Source: Bdellovibrionales bacterium (lineage in GTDB: Bacteria > Bdellovibrionota > Bdellovibrionia > Bdellovibrionales > UBA1609). Taken from it: 64,000 nucleotides of DNA. Below the pieces are notes generated by a model, which saw nothing but the letters and a program-made list of their open reading frames with translations, was not told the DNA's origin and did no database searches. The translations under genes were made by a program, and so were the position numbers. This document shows, piece by piece, positions 29,221-40,323 of this stretch. The DNA lies in NCBI GenBank assembly GCA_965200875.1, contig OZ241456.1:640001-704000 (forward strand), written 5' to 3'. Position 1 is the first letter of the stretch. The number at the start of each line of letters is the position of its first letter.

Positions 29221-30804
29221 ATGAAAATAGAGGATCGCTTATCTTCCTTATGTGTGGATAAGAATAAAAAAATTTCCGGTAAGATTTCTGCTGTTTGTAC
29301 AGACTCCCGAAAAGTTGTGCCTGATTCTGTTTTTGTCGCTCTTAATGGGCGAAAAACAGACGGACATTATTATCTACAGTCTGCCGTTAAAAAAGGCGCG
29401 CAAGCTTTAGTGGTGGAAAATACAAAAGGGTTTGACGAAAATCTTTTTCAAGGGATGGTTTGCACAGTGCCTGATACACGCGTATTTTTACCGGTGTTAT
29501 TGAATGATTTTTACAATTCTCCTTCAGAAAAAATGTTTTGCATAGGTATCACCGGCACGAATGGCAAAACCACGGTATCCAATATACTTTCTTTTTTATT
29601 ATCTCGTTGTGGATGGCGCACAGGCCAGACAGGCACCATAAAAAACAGTTTTAAAGATTATGAGGAAAAAAGCCTATTAACCACGCCCGATCCAGTTAAG
29701 CTTTATAGTTTGCTTAATTGTTTTTTTCAACAGGGTGCTCAGGCTATGGTGATGGAAGTTTCCAGCATTGGACTGGAGCAAAAAAGGGTGGCGGGTGTGG
29801 ATTTTAATATAGGGGTGTTTACCAACCTTTCTGAAGATCATCTGGATTATCATTTCAATATGTCGAATTATTTTCAAGCCAAAAAAGAATTGTTTGAAAT
29901 GCCTTACTCTTATTCTGGTTCTGCCAATAAAAACCATTTTATGGCGGTTTTAAATTTAGACGATCCATATTGTGTAAAATTGGCGCGGGAAATTAAGTCC
30001 CCTTATATTTCTTATGGGAAAGAGACAGCGCGTTTTTCCTGGGAAATTATATCCAGTGATCTTTCCGGCACATGGTTTAACTTGCGCTTTGATAAGAAGA
30101 AATTAAAAGTCTATTTACCGGTTCCAGGGATTTATAATGTATCGAACGCGACAGCTGCTTTATGTTGTGTTTATGTGGCCGGATTTTCTGTGGAGGAAGC
30201 TGTGGAGATTTTAAAAGACTTTCCCGGAGTTCCTGGCAGAATGGAAAGAGTGTGTCCTGACAAACACCCCTTGGTGTTTGTAGACTATGCGCATACTCCT
30301 AAAGCTTTGGAATCAGCTTTGTCTTTTTTGGAGGGTGGCAAGCGAAACCTAGTAAAGTTTCCAAAGCTAGGTAAAGCTGTTATAAATAGATATGCTTTGT
30401 CTCAAATTTCAGCCAGTGGACATACATGTCCCGGAAACCTTGGTCGTTTGATCACGGTTTTTGGTTGTGGTGGTGAGAGAGAAAAGGAAAAGCGTCCCCT
30501 TATGGCGAGGATAGCAGAAAAATTTTCAGATCAAGTGATTCTCACTTCAGATAATCCTCGCACTGAAGATATAATGAATATTATCAATGATTGCATGGAA
30601 GGAGTGGAGGATAAGAAAAAAATTATTATAGAGCCTGACAGAAGAAAAGCCATTTATCAGGCTTTGGAAATCGCTAAGAAGGAGGATATTGTTTTGATTG
30701 CAGGCAAAGGACATGAAAGAGAGCAGATTATGGGAGACAGTCGTCAGCCCTTTAGTGATGCAGAAACAGTGAAAGAATATTTTTCTTCTATAATGGAGGA
30801 CTGA
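29221..30804 (+). CDS. murE: UDP-MurNAc-L-Ala-D-Glu--2,6-diaminopimelate ligase
   Basis: GITGTNGKTT, MEVSS, DHLDYH, VDYAHTP, DNPR (DAP-specific), AGKGHE. Confidence 0.95.
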   Translation: MKIEDRLSSLCVDKNKKISGKISAVCTDSRKVVPDSVFVALNGRKTDGHYYLQSAVKKGAQALVVENTKGFDENLFQGMVCTVPDTRVFLPVLLNDFYNSPSEKMFCIGITGTNGKTTVSNILSFLLSRCGWRTGQTGTIKNSFKDYEEKSLLTTPDPVKLYSLLNCFFQQGAQAMVMEVSSIGLEQKRVAGVDFNIGVFTNLSEDHLDYHFNMSNYFQAKKELFEMPYSYSGSANKNHFMAVLNLDDPYCVKLAREIKSPYISYGKETARFSWEIISSDLSGTWFNLRFDKKKLKVYLPVPGIYNVSNATAALCCVYVAGFSVEEAVEILKDFPGVPGRMERVCPDKHPLVFVDYAHTPKALESALSFLEGGKRNLVKFPKLGKAVINRYALSQISASGHTCPGNLGRLITVFGCGGEREKEKRPLMARIAEKFSDQVILTSDNPRTEDIMNIINDCMEGVEDKKKIIIEPDRRKAIYQALEIAKKEDIVLIAGKGHEREQIMGDSRQPFSDAETVKEYFSSIMED

Positions 30805-30933
30805 TTAGTGGTCTGTGAAAAAGTATGTTATTTTGACTGGATTCCCGTTTTCACGGGAATGACTTCCCTTGGGAAGTTACATGAAAAAAGAGTGTGATAA
30901 TTGAAATACAAAAGGTTTTTTACGGGTGACTAA
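30805..30933 (+). mobile_element. MITE-like element, full-length copy with an internal dRS3-like palindrome
   Basis: TIRs ttagtggtctgtgaaaaa / ttttttacgggtgactaa; ATTCCC-N8-GGGAAT at 30841-30860. Confidence 0.75.
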
Positions 30934-30960
30934 TTAACCAGAGGAAATTTGTTGGAAAAG

Positions 30961-32502
30961 ATGAATATAAATTTAGAGGAACTTTGTTCAGCCGTAAATG
31001 GTAGTGTCTTGAGTCAATCTGGAAATTTTGGAGATCTGGTTTTTACAGGCATTTCCATTGATTCCCGTGAACCAAACTTGAGAGGAAAAATCTTTTTTGC
31101 AATTAAAGGTGAGCGTTTTGACGGACATGATTTTTTACAACAGGCCGTGGAAGGTGGCGTAGCTGTTTTGATAGTTCATAAAGATTTTTCAAGAAATATC
31201 AGCGGTAACGATGAAAGTTTCAATGTGACCAAGAGCTGTTTGGAAAATAATCAATTTTCACAAACAAGAGACAAGTTTTCCATTGGAGGGAATGAAAACC
31301 AGTGTGCCATAAAAAATCAAATGATACAAAACCCGCCCATAATAATAAAAGTGCAAGACACTTTAAAAGCTTTGCAGAGCCTAGCTTTTTACTGGAGAAA
31401 AAAAACAGATGTTCTGGTTATAGGAATTACCGGTTCCTCTGGAAAAACCACGACAAAACACTTTTGCCACACATTGTTGCAGGAGGTAAAAACGACAATA
31501 GCCAGCCCTAAAAGTTTTAATAATATGTATGGAGTTCCTTTGACTCTTTTATCTGCTAAGTCAGAAGAAACAGATATAGTGATTCAGGAAATGGGGATGA
31601 ATCAAACAGGGGAAATCAAGGCTTTGTGTCAGATTGCTCAACCGGATATTGTGACAGTGACACATATTGGAGAATCTCATATTGGAATGTTGGGAAGTAA
31701 ATCTGCCATTGCAGAAGAAAAAAAACAAATTTATCTCAGTTCTCCAAGTGCTCTAAAGGTTTTTAATGGAGATGATCCTTACACCAAAGCCATGTATGAA
31801 GAATACAGATCTGATGAGAAGGAAAAGACCTTACGTTTTTCTGCTTTGGATGAAACAGCAGATGTTTTTTTGCAGATAAAAGAAATAAAAAAGCAGAGTT
31901 TCCTTGTGAAGGGTCATATTCAGAGTGTGAGAGATTTTGCTGTTGTACCGGTGGTGGGCCCCATTCATTTAAGCAATCTCATGTCTGCTATTTGTTTGGT
32001 TCTTTTTGCTGGGTTAAATCCGAATCAAATATGGAAGCGTCTTTCTCTTTGCCGTTTGCCGACAGGAAGAAACCAATGGGTTGAGTTATCCTCAGGAGCT
32101 TGGGCACTTTTTGACGCTTATAACGCCAGCCCGGAAAGTGTGATGGCTTTGTTGGAATATTTTTTATCCCCGATAGTGAAAGGAAAAAAAATATTAATCC
32201 TAGGTGATTTTCTGGAACTGGGCGATTATTTGGAGGCTTTGCAAAAAAAAATGGCCAGAAAACTGGTAGAAAGCAAAGACCTTTGTTTGATTTGGTTTAT
32301 CGGTTCTCAGGCGGAAAGCTTTGCCAAAGCTTTAAAATTAACAGGCTTTTCAAAGGAGTTTTATTGTTCCACACAGTTTGATTTTGCGATTGCGAAAAAA
32401 GTTTTCTCTCATCTGTCCACTTCCACTGTATTGGCTTTTAAGGCCAGCAGAAGGGCGCAGTTAGAAAAAGTGTTAAGAGAGTTTCAACTATTTCGAGGCT
32501 AA
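30961..32502 (+). CDS. murF: UDP-MurNAc-tripeptide--D-Ala-D-Ala ligase
   Basis: GERFDGHDF, GITGSSGKTTTK, SFNN..GVPLTL, DAYNASPES, LGDFLELG, KASR. Confidence 0.93.
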   Translation: MNINLEELCSAVNGSVLSQSGNFGDLVFTGISIDSREPNLRGKIFFAIKGERFDGHDFLQQAVEGGVAVLIVHKDFSRNISGNDESFNVTKSCLENNQFSQTRDKFSIGGNENQCAIKNQMIQNPPIIIKVQDTLKALQSLAFYWRKKTDVLVIGITGSSGKTTTKHFCHTLLQEVKTTIASPKSFNNMYGVPLTLLSAKSEETDIVIQEMGMNQTGEIKALCQIAQPDIVTVTHIGESHIGMLGSKSAIAEEKKQIYLSSPSALKVFNGDDPYTKAMYEEYRSDEKEKTLRFSALDETADVFLQIKEIKKQSFLVKGHIQSVRDFAVVPVVGPIHLSNLMSAICLVLFAGLNPNQIWKRLSLCRLPTGRNQWVELSSGAWALFDAYNASPESVMALLEYFLSPIVKGKKILILGDFLELGDYLEALQKKMARKLVESKDLCLIWFIGSQAESFAKALKLTGFSKEFYCSTQFDFAIAKKVFSHLSTSTVLAFKASRRAQLEKVLREFQLFRG

Positions 32503-32543
32503 CTCCTCAATAGCCCACTGGAAATAGCCGATATATATATATT

Positions 32544-33251
32544 ATGAAACGAATATTATTTTTCTTGTTTTTTTCATCTGTTATTGAACTGGCAAAAGCT
32601 AATCCTACGACAGATAAAAAAAACAAGCCTTTGGTGTTACAGATGATGATCTCCCATCCCCGAAACACTGATCAAACCTCCTTGATTTTTAGAGAAAACA
32701 AAGTGGAAATGGTGACCAACACATCCACTTGGCAGAAAAGTGAAAATCCAAAGCTAGGTCGATTTGAGTCTTCCATGACTCCTTCACTGAAGTCTTTAAA
32801 ACAAAGACTTCAGTGGTATCATAGCCGGTTAAAACAAACAGTGCCTCTTTCCTCTCTGATAAAAAACAGTCGTGTTCAGCCTTCACATGCTCCGCATTCT
32901 CCTATTTTTCGTCTCAATACAAAAGAGATTAAACTTGGTGAAAGTTTTTTTAAGAGATTGGAAGATATTATTCAGCAAATAGGAAATCAAAAGTGGATTT
33001 GTGTGGAATGTGCAACATACAAAAGGCATAAAAAAGGGATTGTTCGGGTTGTCCGAAAGCGAAAGGGTATGAGCAACAAAAAAGAGAATAACCAATCTAA
33101 CCCGGTTAACCAGCCTAAAAAAGAATCTGCTCGTTGGCTTGTCCAAAAAAAAATATTATCAAAAAAAAGCTTGAATTGTATCCGCAAAACAAAAACTAAG
33201 TGGGAATGTGTGGATAAACAGTTTGGAATTTTTGAAATTAAATTTCTTTAG
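32544..33251 (+). CDS. secreted basic hypothetical protein
   Basis: 235-aa ORF with a signal peptide and Cys pairs. Confidence 0.6.
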   Translation: MKRILFFLFFSSVIELAKANPTTDKKNKPLVLQMMISHPRNTDQTSLIFRENKVEMVTNTSTWQKSENPKLGRFESSMTPSLKSLKQRLQWYHSRLKQTVPLSSLIKNSRVQPSHAPHSPIFRLNTKEIKLGESFFKRLEDIIQQIGNQKWICVECATYKRHKKGIVRVVRKRKGMSNKKENNQSNPVNQPKKESARWLVQKKILSKKSLNCIRKTKTKWECVDKQFGIFEIKFL

Positions 33252-33253
33252 GT

Positions 33254-35095
33254 GTGAAAATGCTTAAATCTTATAAATTATGGACTTTTTACTTTGGTGG
33301 AATAATTTTAATGTCCCATTTTTATGCCACGACTCAATCTTCATCTGAAGATCACCAGATTACTATTCCTTTTCCATATTTCAGTAGCGAGGCTATACCA
33401 GAGCACAGTATCAGTGTGTCATTTAAAAACAATGAAATAGACACATCTTCTTTTGTTGAAGCTATTAATCAATTAAGAGAGTCTGATTACGCCGACGATC
33501 TAATGGTAATGAAAAGTAGGATTGATCAAATGAGTGATTTAGATTCAGGTTTCTCAATACTTTGTGAAAAAAGTGTATCCAAAAACATCTGTATGGAAAA
33601 CGCCCAAAACAGTTTGGAAAATGCTTTTTATAAAGTGGCTCAGGAAAAAGAGAATCAGATTCTCTATCCCGAATTTTATACAGGAATTTATGGACGACCT
33701 CCAGATAGGTATATGCTCCAAGACGCCCATGAAATTTTGGACTCTGAGTGCCAAGGTCCTTATGATGCAGACAAACTATCCAATCGCATACTCAGGATCC
33801 ATCCCAATCATTGGCCTGAGTTACAGGATAAATTAAAGTATAAAGATAAAGGTTTTTTGAAACAAGTCTTACAAACAACTTATGATCAATTAAAAAGAAC
33901 AACATATCCTGAACAATGTTTCGATCTAGCCAATAAAAACCATAGAGTTTGCAAAAGAATGACAAATGATTTGAAAGTCAAAAGACACAGATTTACTTAT
34001 TTAACTGAATTAGTATATGGCCAAAACATATTACAAACCACCGAAGCTGTAGCACCTTGCCTTGATTGTGTGGAAGGCCTTTTAAGCAAAGAGCTGAGTG
34101 ATTTAAATCAGCTTTTTTCTGTTTTAGAGAAACATAGCCTGTGTTTTGATCCTACCCCTGGAGAAGAAAAACAAGTGATTAACAATAGAGACACTTACAC
34201 AGTTCGGAGAGAACGGGATGGATCTTTTTCTATTCCTTTAAACCTCAATTTTGTGGCAGATGAAGATTATGACGGGGAAATTCCAAGGGCTGAAGTGCCC
34301 ACTCATTATAAAAACAAAGTACAGGAATGTATGAAAAAAGCCAGCTCAAAACTGCTTGGTCCTAACGGAGAAAAACTTAAAATAGTTATTGAATCTCCTC
34401 CAGCAGAAAGTGCTTGTGCGCTAGAAAGTGCCAAGACTATACGAATTGGTCCTAGCAACTTTAGATCTTATAGTAGTAAATATAAAGCTAATATAGACTG
34501 TCCCACTATTACTCACGAAGTTTTGCATCTCCTAGGGCTTTGTGATGAGTATGAAGAATCCTCCAGTGGATTCTATGTGTCAGTTACAGGAGAAATAAAC
34601 CAAACAAGTATAAATGTAAATGACAAGTTTGTGTCTCAGTACGACTGTCGGGTAACAGTGCAAAACAGCATTATGTCCGATCAATATGAAAGATGGAATA
34701 ATGTGTTTATTGCCGGAGAAAATCAATCTCTCCTGCGTCCTGCGCAATTCAACAGTGTTCTTTATGGTGACTGTCCATCCAAAAACAAAGATTTTAATGA
34801 ATGTGCGGATTTAGCATATAAAAGTTCATTCGATTCAGGTAATGAGAACTGTATAGAACAAAAACGAAAGTGTATGGGAAACAATGTAATAAGACCAAAC
34901 AAAACAGAGGAATTATCAAGAATCAGGCAGGAAATAGAGTCGTTGGAAAGTGCAAAGCAAGAATTATTATTACATCGTAAGGAACACGGAACTCCTGAAA
35001 ATCTTTCATGGTATGACGATCAAATCCAATCAATTGATTCTGATCTTGAGAAATTAAGAGAAGAGTTACAAAAAGTATCTGCTTGGCCAGATTGA
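33254..35095 (+). CDS. putative secreted zinc metallopeptidase
   Basis: HEVLHLLGLCDEY (HExxHxxGxxD) plus a Met-turn-like NSIM; many Cys. Confidence 0.7.
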   Translation: MKMLKSYKLWTFYFGGIILMSHFYATTQSSSEDHQITIPFPYFSSEAIPEHSISVSFKNNEIDTSSFVEAINQLRESDYADDLMVMKSRIDQMSDLDSGFSILCEKSVSKNICMENAQNSLENAFYKVAQEKENQILYPEFYTGIYGRPPDRYMLQDAHEILDSECQGPYDADKLSNRILRIHPNHWPELQDKLKYKDKGFLKQVLQTTYDQLKRTTYPEQCFDLANKNHRVCKRMTNDLKVKRHRFTYLTELVYGQNILQTTEAVAPCLDCVEGLLSKELSDLNQLFSVLEKHSLCFDPTPGEEKQVINNRDTYTVRRERDGSFSIPLNLNFVADEDYDGEIPRAEVPTHYKNKVQECMKKASSKLLGPNGEKLKIVIESPPAESACALESAKTIRIGPSNFRSYSSKYKANIDCPTITHEVLHLLGLCDEYEESSSGFYVSVTGEINQTSINVNDKFVSQYDCRVTVQNSIMSDQYERWNNVFIAGENQSLLRPAQFNSVLYGDCPSKNKDFNECADLAYKSSFDSGNENCIEQKRKCMGNNVIRPNKTEELSRIRQEIESLESAKQELLLHRKEHGTPENLSWYDDQIQSIDSDLEKLREELQKVSAWPD

Positions 35096-35374
35096 TTCTC
35101 CTGCTATTTCATTCCGAATCTTTTATAAAAAAATCAAGTAATAACAATGCTTTATTATTTATTCAGGACCACTGATTACTTATTTATTGCATTGCGTTGT
35201 ACTGAAATCAGGATAATCAGTCCTCCGTGAAAAAAGCTATTAACGCGTTATTATCATTTGATTTTTTTATAAAAACCTTTGAAAATAATTGTAAGCCATT
35301 ATAACAAAGCTTTTGGTTTTTTTGGTAAAATCAAGTATGTAAAGCCCAAACAAAGAAAGAAAGGTTTAGAACAG

Positions 35375-35935
35375 ATGGTTTCTGAAATACAGAGATTGCT
35401 ATGGTTGGATATGGAAATGACCGGGCTGGATCCGGAAAAAGAAGTCATTATCGAAACAGCTGCTATAGTTACTAATAATAAACATGAAGAGCTGGATTCC
35501 TTTCATCAGGTGATCAAACAACATAGTGAATATCTGGAAAAAATGGATAAGTGGAACACAAACCAGCACAAAAAATCTGGGTTATATGATCTGGTTCCGA
35601 ATGGTATTCCACAGGAGCAAATGGAAAGAGAACTTATTGATTTGGTGGATAAACACTTTGACAAAAAAGAAAAAATTATTTTGGCTGGTAACTCCATTTA
35701 TCAAGATAGGATTTTTATCAAAAAGCATCTCCTGAAATTTGAAGAGAGGCTTCATTATCGTATGTTGGATGTTTCTGCATGGAAAATTATTTTTGCTGAT
35801 AAGGGTGTGGTCTTTGAAAAGGAAAACAAACATCGTGCCTTGGATGATGTTCGTGAAAGTATCAGAGAAATAAAGACATACTTAAAGTATCTTGATCACT
35901 CAAAATTTAACCTTCAATCACCTGAGACAGAGTGA
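35375..35935 (+). CDS. orn: oligoribonuclease
   Basis: [38 protein letters not shown]. Confidence 0.95.
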   Translation: MVSEIQRLLWLDMEMTGLDPEKEVIIETAAIVTNNKHEELDSFHQVIKQHSEYLEKMDKWNTNQHKKSGLYDLVPNGIPQEQMERELIDLVDKHFDKKEKIILAGNSIYQDRIFIKKHLLKFEERLHYRMLDVSAWKIIFADKGVVFEKENKHRALDDVRESIREIKTYLKYLDHSKFNLQSPETE

Positions 35936-36035
35936 TTCAATATAGATTTTCCGAGTGTAACGAAAAAATTTCCAACTTCTATCGCTATGAATATATTTGA
36001 TTTTCCAAGTGACTGGGTTTACACTCAGCAGGACA

Positions 36036-36122
36036 GGAGAGGTGGCCGAGTGGCTGAAGGCGCACGCTTGGAAAGCGTGTAGGCGGGAAACCGTCTCGAG
36101 GGTTCGAATCCCTCTCTCTCCG
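36036..36122 (+). tRNA. tRNA-Ser(GGA)
   Basis: Acceptor stem GGAGAGG/TCTCTCC, anticodon arm cacgc-ttGGAaa-gcgtg, long variable arm, GGTTCGAATCC; CCA not encoded. Confidence 0.96.
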
Positions 36123-36165
36123 TATTGTTTACAGCTAAAAAGCAGTTTGGATGAAAAGAGGTGAG

Positions 36166-37551
36166 ATGAAAAAACATACTGTTTTGAATAAAAAACTTTT
36201 TGGCACGGATGGTATCAGAGGAAGAGCCAATGGTTTTCCTGTTCGCCCTGATATTATTTTAAAAGTGGGCCAAGCTATGGGATATTTGCTGAGAAAGAAC
36301 AATAATAAAGATAAAAAAGCCCCGATGGTTCTAATTGGAAAAGACACTCGCCTTTCCGGTTATATGTTAGAACAAGCTTTGGCTAGTGGATTGAACTCTA
36401 TGGGAATATGGGTACAGCTGACAGGCCCTTTACCTACTCCAGGGATTGGTTTTCTGGCAAGAAACATGAGAGCAATGGCAGGTGTTGTGATTTCTGCTTC
36501 TCATAATCCCTACAAGGATAATGGAATCAAAATTTTTGATGCACAAGGATTTAAAATTTCCAAAGATATGGAAGAGGAGATTGAATCGCTTGTGTTTTCC
36601 AATACACTCAACGAATTAATAGTCCCTTTTGATCAGATAGGGCGCAGTCGTCGTATTGATGATTCTGCTGGCCGATATATTGTTCATGTCAAGAATACCT
36701 TTCCCTTAAAGGACACCTTGGATGGTATGCGTGTAGCACTGGATTGTGCTCATGGTGCTTGCTACAAGGTGGCTCCAAAAATTTTTGAGGAACTGGGTGC
36801 GGAAGTGTTTGTGGCTGGTAATAACCCCAATGGGTATAATATCAATGAGCAATCTGGAACTTTGCACACAAAACAAATTCAAGAGGCTGTACTCAAATAC
36901 AAGGCAGATGTGGGAATCAGTTTGGATGGTGATGGGGACAGGGTGATTATGGCGGATGAGAAAGGAAACTTGGTGAATGGGGATCATATTTTGGGAATTT
37001 GTGCTTTGAGTTTGCAAAAAAAAGGGGAACTGAAAGGTCATAAAATAGCGGTTACTCCTATGTCCAATATGGGCTTGGCAACTCTGTTGAAGAAAAAAAA
37101 TATTCAAGTGGAACGAACAGAGATAGGGGACAGGAATGTCGTGGAATATATGAAAAAAAACAATATTGCCTTGGGAGGGGAGTCTTCAGGGCATATTATA
37201 TTTTTGGATCAGAGTACAACAGGAGATGGTTGTGTGGCGGCTTTAAATGTATTGGCGGTTATGTGTTCAGAAAATAAAACTCTTTCAGAGTTGAGTACAG
37301 TGTTTTCGTTAGTTCCTCAAGTTCAAAAATCAGTGGCTGTAAAGCACAAGCGTGAGCTGAACAGTCTACCTGGATACAGCTCTTTAATAAAAAAAGTGAA
37401 AGAGAATTTAAAAGGTAAAGGCCGGGTGTATGTGAGATATTCAGGAACAGAGCTGGTTGTCAGAATTTTAGTGGAGGGAGAGGATGAAAAACTTATTAAA
37501 AACAGCGCGGAAGAAATATCCTGCTTCCTTAATAAAGAGCTTGGTATGTAG
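36166..37551 (+). CDS. glmM: phosphoglucosamine mutase
   Basis: [45 protein letters not shown]. Confidence 0.95.
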   Translation: MKKHTVLNKKLFGTDGIRGRANGFPVRPDIILKVGQAMGYLLRKNNNKDKKAPMVLIGKDTRLSGYMLEQALASGLNSMGIWVQLTGPLPTPGIGFLARNMRAMAGVVISASHNPYKDNGIKIFDAQGFKISKDMEEEIESLVFSNTLNELIVPFDQIGRSRRIDDSAGRYIVHVKNTFPLKDTLDGMRVALDCAHGACYKVAPKIFEELGAEVFVAGNNPNGYNINEQSGTLHTKQIQEAVLKYKADVGISLDGDGDRVIMADEKGNLVNGDHILGICALSLQKKGELKGHKIAVTPMSNMGLATLLKKKNIQVERTEIGDRNVVEYMKKNNIALGGESSGHIIFLDQSTTGDGCVAALNVLAVMCSENKTLSELSTVFSLVPQVQKSVAVKHKRELNSLPGYSSLIKKVKENLKGKGRVYVRYSGTELVVRILVEGEDEKLIKNSAEEISCFLNKELGM

Positions 37552-37559
37552 GGTACAAA

Positions 37560-38747
37560 GTGATGGCAAAAAAAACAAAAGTGATTATTGTGGGTGGTGG
37601 AATTGCCGGCCTAGCTATGGGCAGAGCACTTGATATAATCGGCATGGATTATATAATATTGGAAAGATCTCCCGTTATCAGTGAGGTGGGAACAGGCATT
37701 GCTATATGGAGTAATGGAGCTTTTTGTTTAAAAAGACTTGGCTTGGAAGATCAATTTGAAAGAAAATCTTTACATTACGATAAAAGTTGTTTTTTAAATC
37801 ATAAAGGCAAAACTTTGCTCAATATGGATCTTTCGGACTGTAAAAAGAAATTTGGTGCTTCCAGCTCCCGGATCCATAGAGCGGAATTGATAGACATTCT
37901 TTTATGTTCAGTCAAATCTGAGAATGTTTTGTTAAACAGTGAAGTGCAGTCTTTTTTGGAATCTGACACAGGTGTTACAGTTCAATTAGTGTCCGGTAAA
38001 AAAATCGAAGGGGATATTTTAATAGGAGCAGATGGTATACATTCGGTGATTCGTAAACATTTACGGGATGACAGGCAACCAAAATACGCGGGTTATACCT
38101 GCTGGAGAGGGCTTATTGCTATAGATCGTGTTTCTCCTTTATTCAGGAGTAAAGGAGTTCTTGGGATGGGGCCAGGTTGTCTATTTGGTTTTGATCGATT
38201 AAGAGGTCGTAAAGCTTATTGGTTCGCGGCAACACTGGTCCGGCCAGATTCCTCTAAAGAGTGTAAACTGGAAATGTTAAAGAAAAAATTTTTTGAATGG
38301 CCAAAAAGCATCAGGGACATTATTGATTACACCCCTGAAAATTATATTATAAGACATGACATATTGTATTTAGATCCTAAAAAAAACTGGGGGAAAGGGA
38401 AATGCACTTTAATCGGAGACTCCGCCCACGGTGCTACTCATGATTTAGCACAAGGGGCTTGTATGGCTCTTGAAGATGCAGTGGAATTAGCTTATTTGTT
38501 TTCCATGTATTCAAATAAGGAACAGGCTTTAAGGGTATTTGAAAAAAAAAGATATGCCCGCACTGCTGATATGATAAAAAAATCCAGATTGGTTGGTAAA
38601 GCCAGTATTTTAAGTCATCCTTTTCCAGTGGCTATTCGCAATCTGGTTTTTTCTGTTATAGGAGGGGAAGGGCTTAAATGGATGATGAAAAAATACATTG
38701 ATTATCATGTGCCTGATTTAAAATGCAAAACGGGAGCGATAGAATGA
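37560..38747 (+). CDS. FAD-dependent monooxygenase
   Basis: GGGIAG, IGADGIHS, LIGDSAH...QGACMALEDA. Confidence 0.9.
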   Translation: MMAKKTKVIIVGGGIAGLAMGRALDIIGMDYIILERSPVISEVGTGIAIWSNGAFCLKRLGLEDQFERKSLHYDKSCFLNHKGKTLLNMDLSDCKKKFGASSSRIHRAELIDILLCSVKSENVLLNSEVQSFLESDTGVTVQLVSGKKIEGDILIGADGIHSVIRKHLRDDRQPKYAGYTCWRGLIAIDRVSPLFRSKGVLGMGPGCLFGFDRLRGRKAYWFAATLVRPDSSKECKLEMLKKKFFEWPKSIRDIIDYTPENYIIRHDILYLDPKKNWGKGKCTLIGDSAHGATHDLAQGACMALEDAVELAYLFSMYSNKEQALRVFEKKRYARTADMIKKSRLVGKASILSHPFPVAIRNLVFSVIGGEGLKWMMKKYIDYHVPDLKCKTGAIE

Positions 38748-40315
38748 AGTCAATGATTCCAAATAGTGCTGACTTTACACCTTTGGTTAACTCCCGCCAA
38801 AGTGCTGAGTTAGATTACTCAGCCAAGGTCGACTATGGCTTAAGCACAGATCTTTTAATGGAGACGGCTGGTGCTTTGTCTGCTCAGAAAGTTATTTCTT
38901 ATTTAAACCACCTTGATGGGAAATTGCTTGCAGGTGTAAGACGCTCATCTTTTTCTGTGATGGTTTTATGTGGCCCGGGAAATAATGGAGGTGATGGTTT
39001 GGTTCTGGCTCGTCATCTTTTATCTGAAGGGATTGCTGTAAAAGTTTTTTTGTCAAGTGTTAAACGACAGAGGAGTCATCCTCAAAACTTACTTCTGGAA
39101 AGTCAGAAATTTCGTTCTCTTGGTATAACTTTTTATCCTTTGGAGGATATGCAAAAAATAAAACAAATGGATGAAAAATGTTTACTGATTGTGGATGCTC
39201 TTTTTGGAGTGGGGTTGAACCGAAATATAGAAGGTATTTATGCAGAATTAATAAAATGGGTTAACTCAATAGACAAGCCAGTTGTTTCTCTGGACACTTC
39301 CTCTGGACTGGATGTAAATACAGGACAGATAAAAGGACAAGCAATAAAAGCAGATCTAACATTAACTTTTGGTTTGGCCAAGCCAGGATTTTACCTTATG
39401 CAGGGTCCTGAGCATACTGGTCGGATAGAAGTGTTTTCCATTGGTTTCCCTTTTCCTCTTTTAAGAGAAAAAGCCTGCACACATTTTCTTATTGATAAAT
39501 ATTGGGTATCCTCTCATCTGCCAGAGCGTAAACCAACAGATCATAAAGCCAACCACGGGCATTTATTGGTGGTGGCCGGGAGTGAAGGTATGTGGGGAGC
39601 TGGTGCATTGACAGCTCTTTCCGCTTATCGTATGGGAGCAGGTTATGTCACTTGGGCAGTCCCGTGCGCAAATGATGTAACTGGAAAAATTGGAAATATC
39701 CCCGATATGTTGACGCAGGATTTATCCGACCTCGATCTTTTCCGGAATAAAACTTCTGTCGCTATAGGGCCTGGGCTTGGAACAGGAGAGAAAACAAAAA
39801 ATCTACTGTTGGAATTAAAGAAAACAACTTTGCCAGTTGTAGTGGATGCTTCTGCTTTTTTAGTATGCGTGAAAGAAAACCTTTTTCCCCTGCCATCTCA
39901 TTGGGTGATCACACCTCATAGTGGTGAGCTGTCTCGATTGTTTGGCATTACGGGAAAACAGGTGGATCAGGATCGTTGCTCTTACGCTATGAAGGCGAGC
40001 CAGAAGACAGGGTGTCTTGTATTGCTTAAGGGGTTTCATTCCGTATTAGCACAAAGTGATAAGTGTTGGATTATTCCTGCTGGCAACTCTAGTTTAGCCA
40101 AGGCGGGAACAGGAGATGTGCTCACAGGATTTATTGGTGCTCTCATGGCGCGTTGTCTAAACACTTTTTCCGCTACTGCTGTTGCCTCTTTTGTTCACGG
40201 GCTTTTAGCGGAGGGATGGCTTGCTGAAGGAAAAGACAAGGATAGTTTAATGGCTCAGGATCTTAAAGATATCCTGCCTGTTGTTTTGAAAAAACTTAAA
40301 AAGTTATCAAAATAA
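38744..40315 (+). CDS. nnr: bifunctional NAD(P)HX epimerase/dehydratase
   Basis: LMETAG, GPGNNGGDG, VDALFG.G; IGPGLG, TPHSGE, LAKAGTGDVL. Confidence 0.92.
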   Translation: MKSMIPNSADFTPLVNSRQSAELDYSAKVDYGLSTDLLMETAGALSAQKVISYLNHLDGKLLAGVRRSSFSVMVLCGPGNNGGDGLVLARHLLSEGIAVKVFLSSVKRQRSHPQNLLLESQKFRSLGITFYPLEDMQKIKQMDEKCLLIVDALFGVGLNRNIEGIYAELIKWVNSIDKPVVSLDTSSGLDVNTGQIKGQAIKADLTLTFGLAKPGFYLMQGPEHTGRIEVFSIGFPFPLLREKACTHFLIDKYWVSSHLPERKPTDHKANHGHLLVVAGSEGMWGAGALTALSAYRMGAGYVTWAVPCANDVTGKIGNIPDMLTQDLSDLDLFRNKTSVAIGPGLGTGEKTKNLLLELKKTTLPVVVDASAFLVCVKENLFPLPSHWVITPHSGELSRLFGITGKQVDQDRCSYAMKASQKTGCLVLLKGFHSVLAQSDKCWIIPAGNSSLAKAGTGDVLTGFIGALMARCLNTFSATAVASFVHGLLAEGWLAEGKDKDSLMAQDLKDILPVVLKKLKKLSK

Positions 40316-40323
40316 GGCTTTGA

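Noticed and set aside
36036..36122. tRNA-Ser as an integration site
   Set aside because: No integrase nearby and no duplicate of the tRNA 3' end seen in the window.
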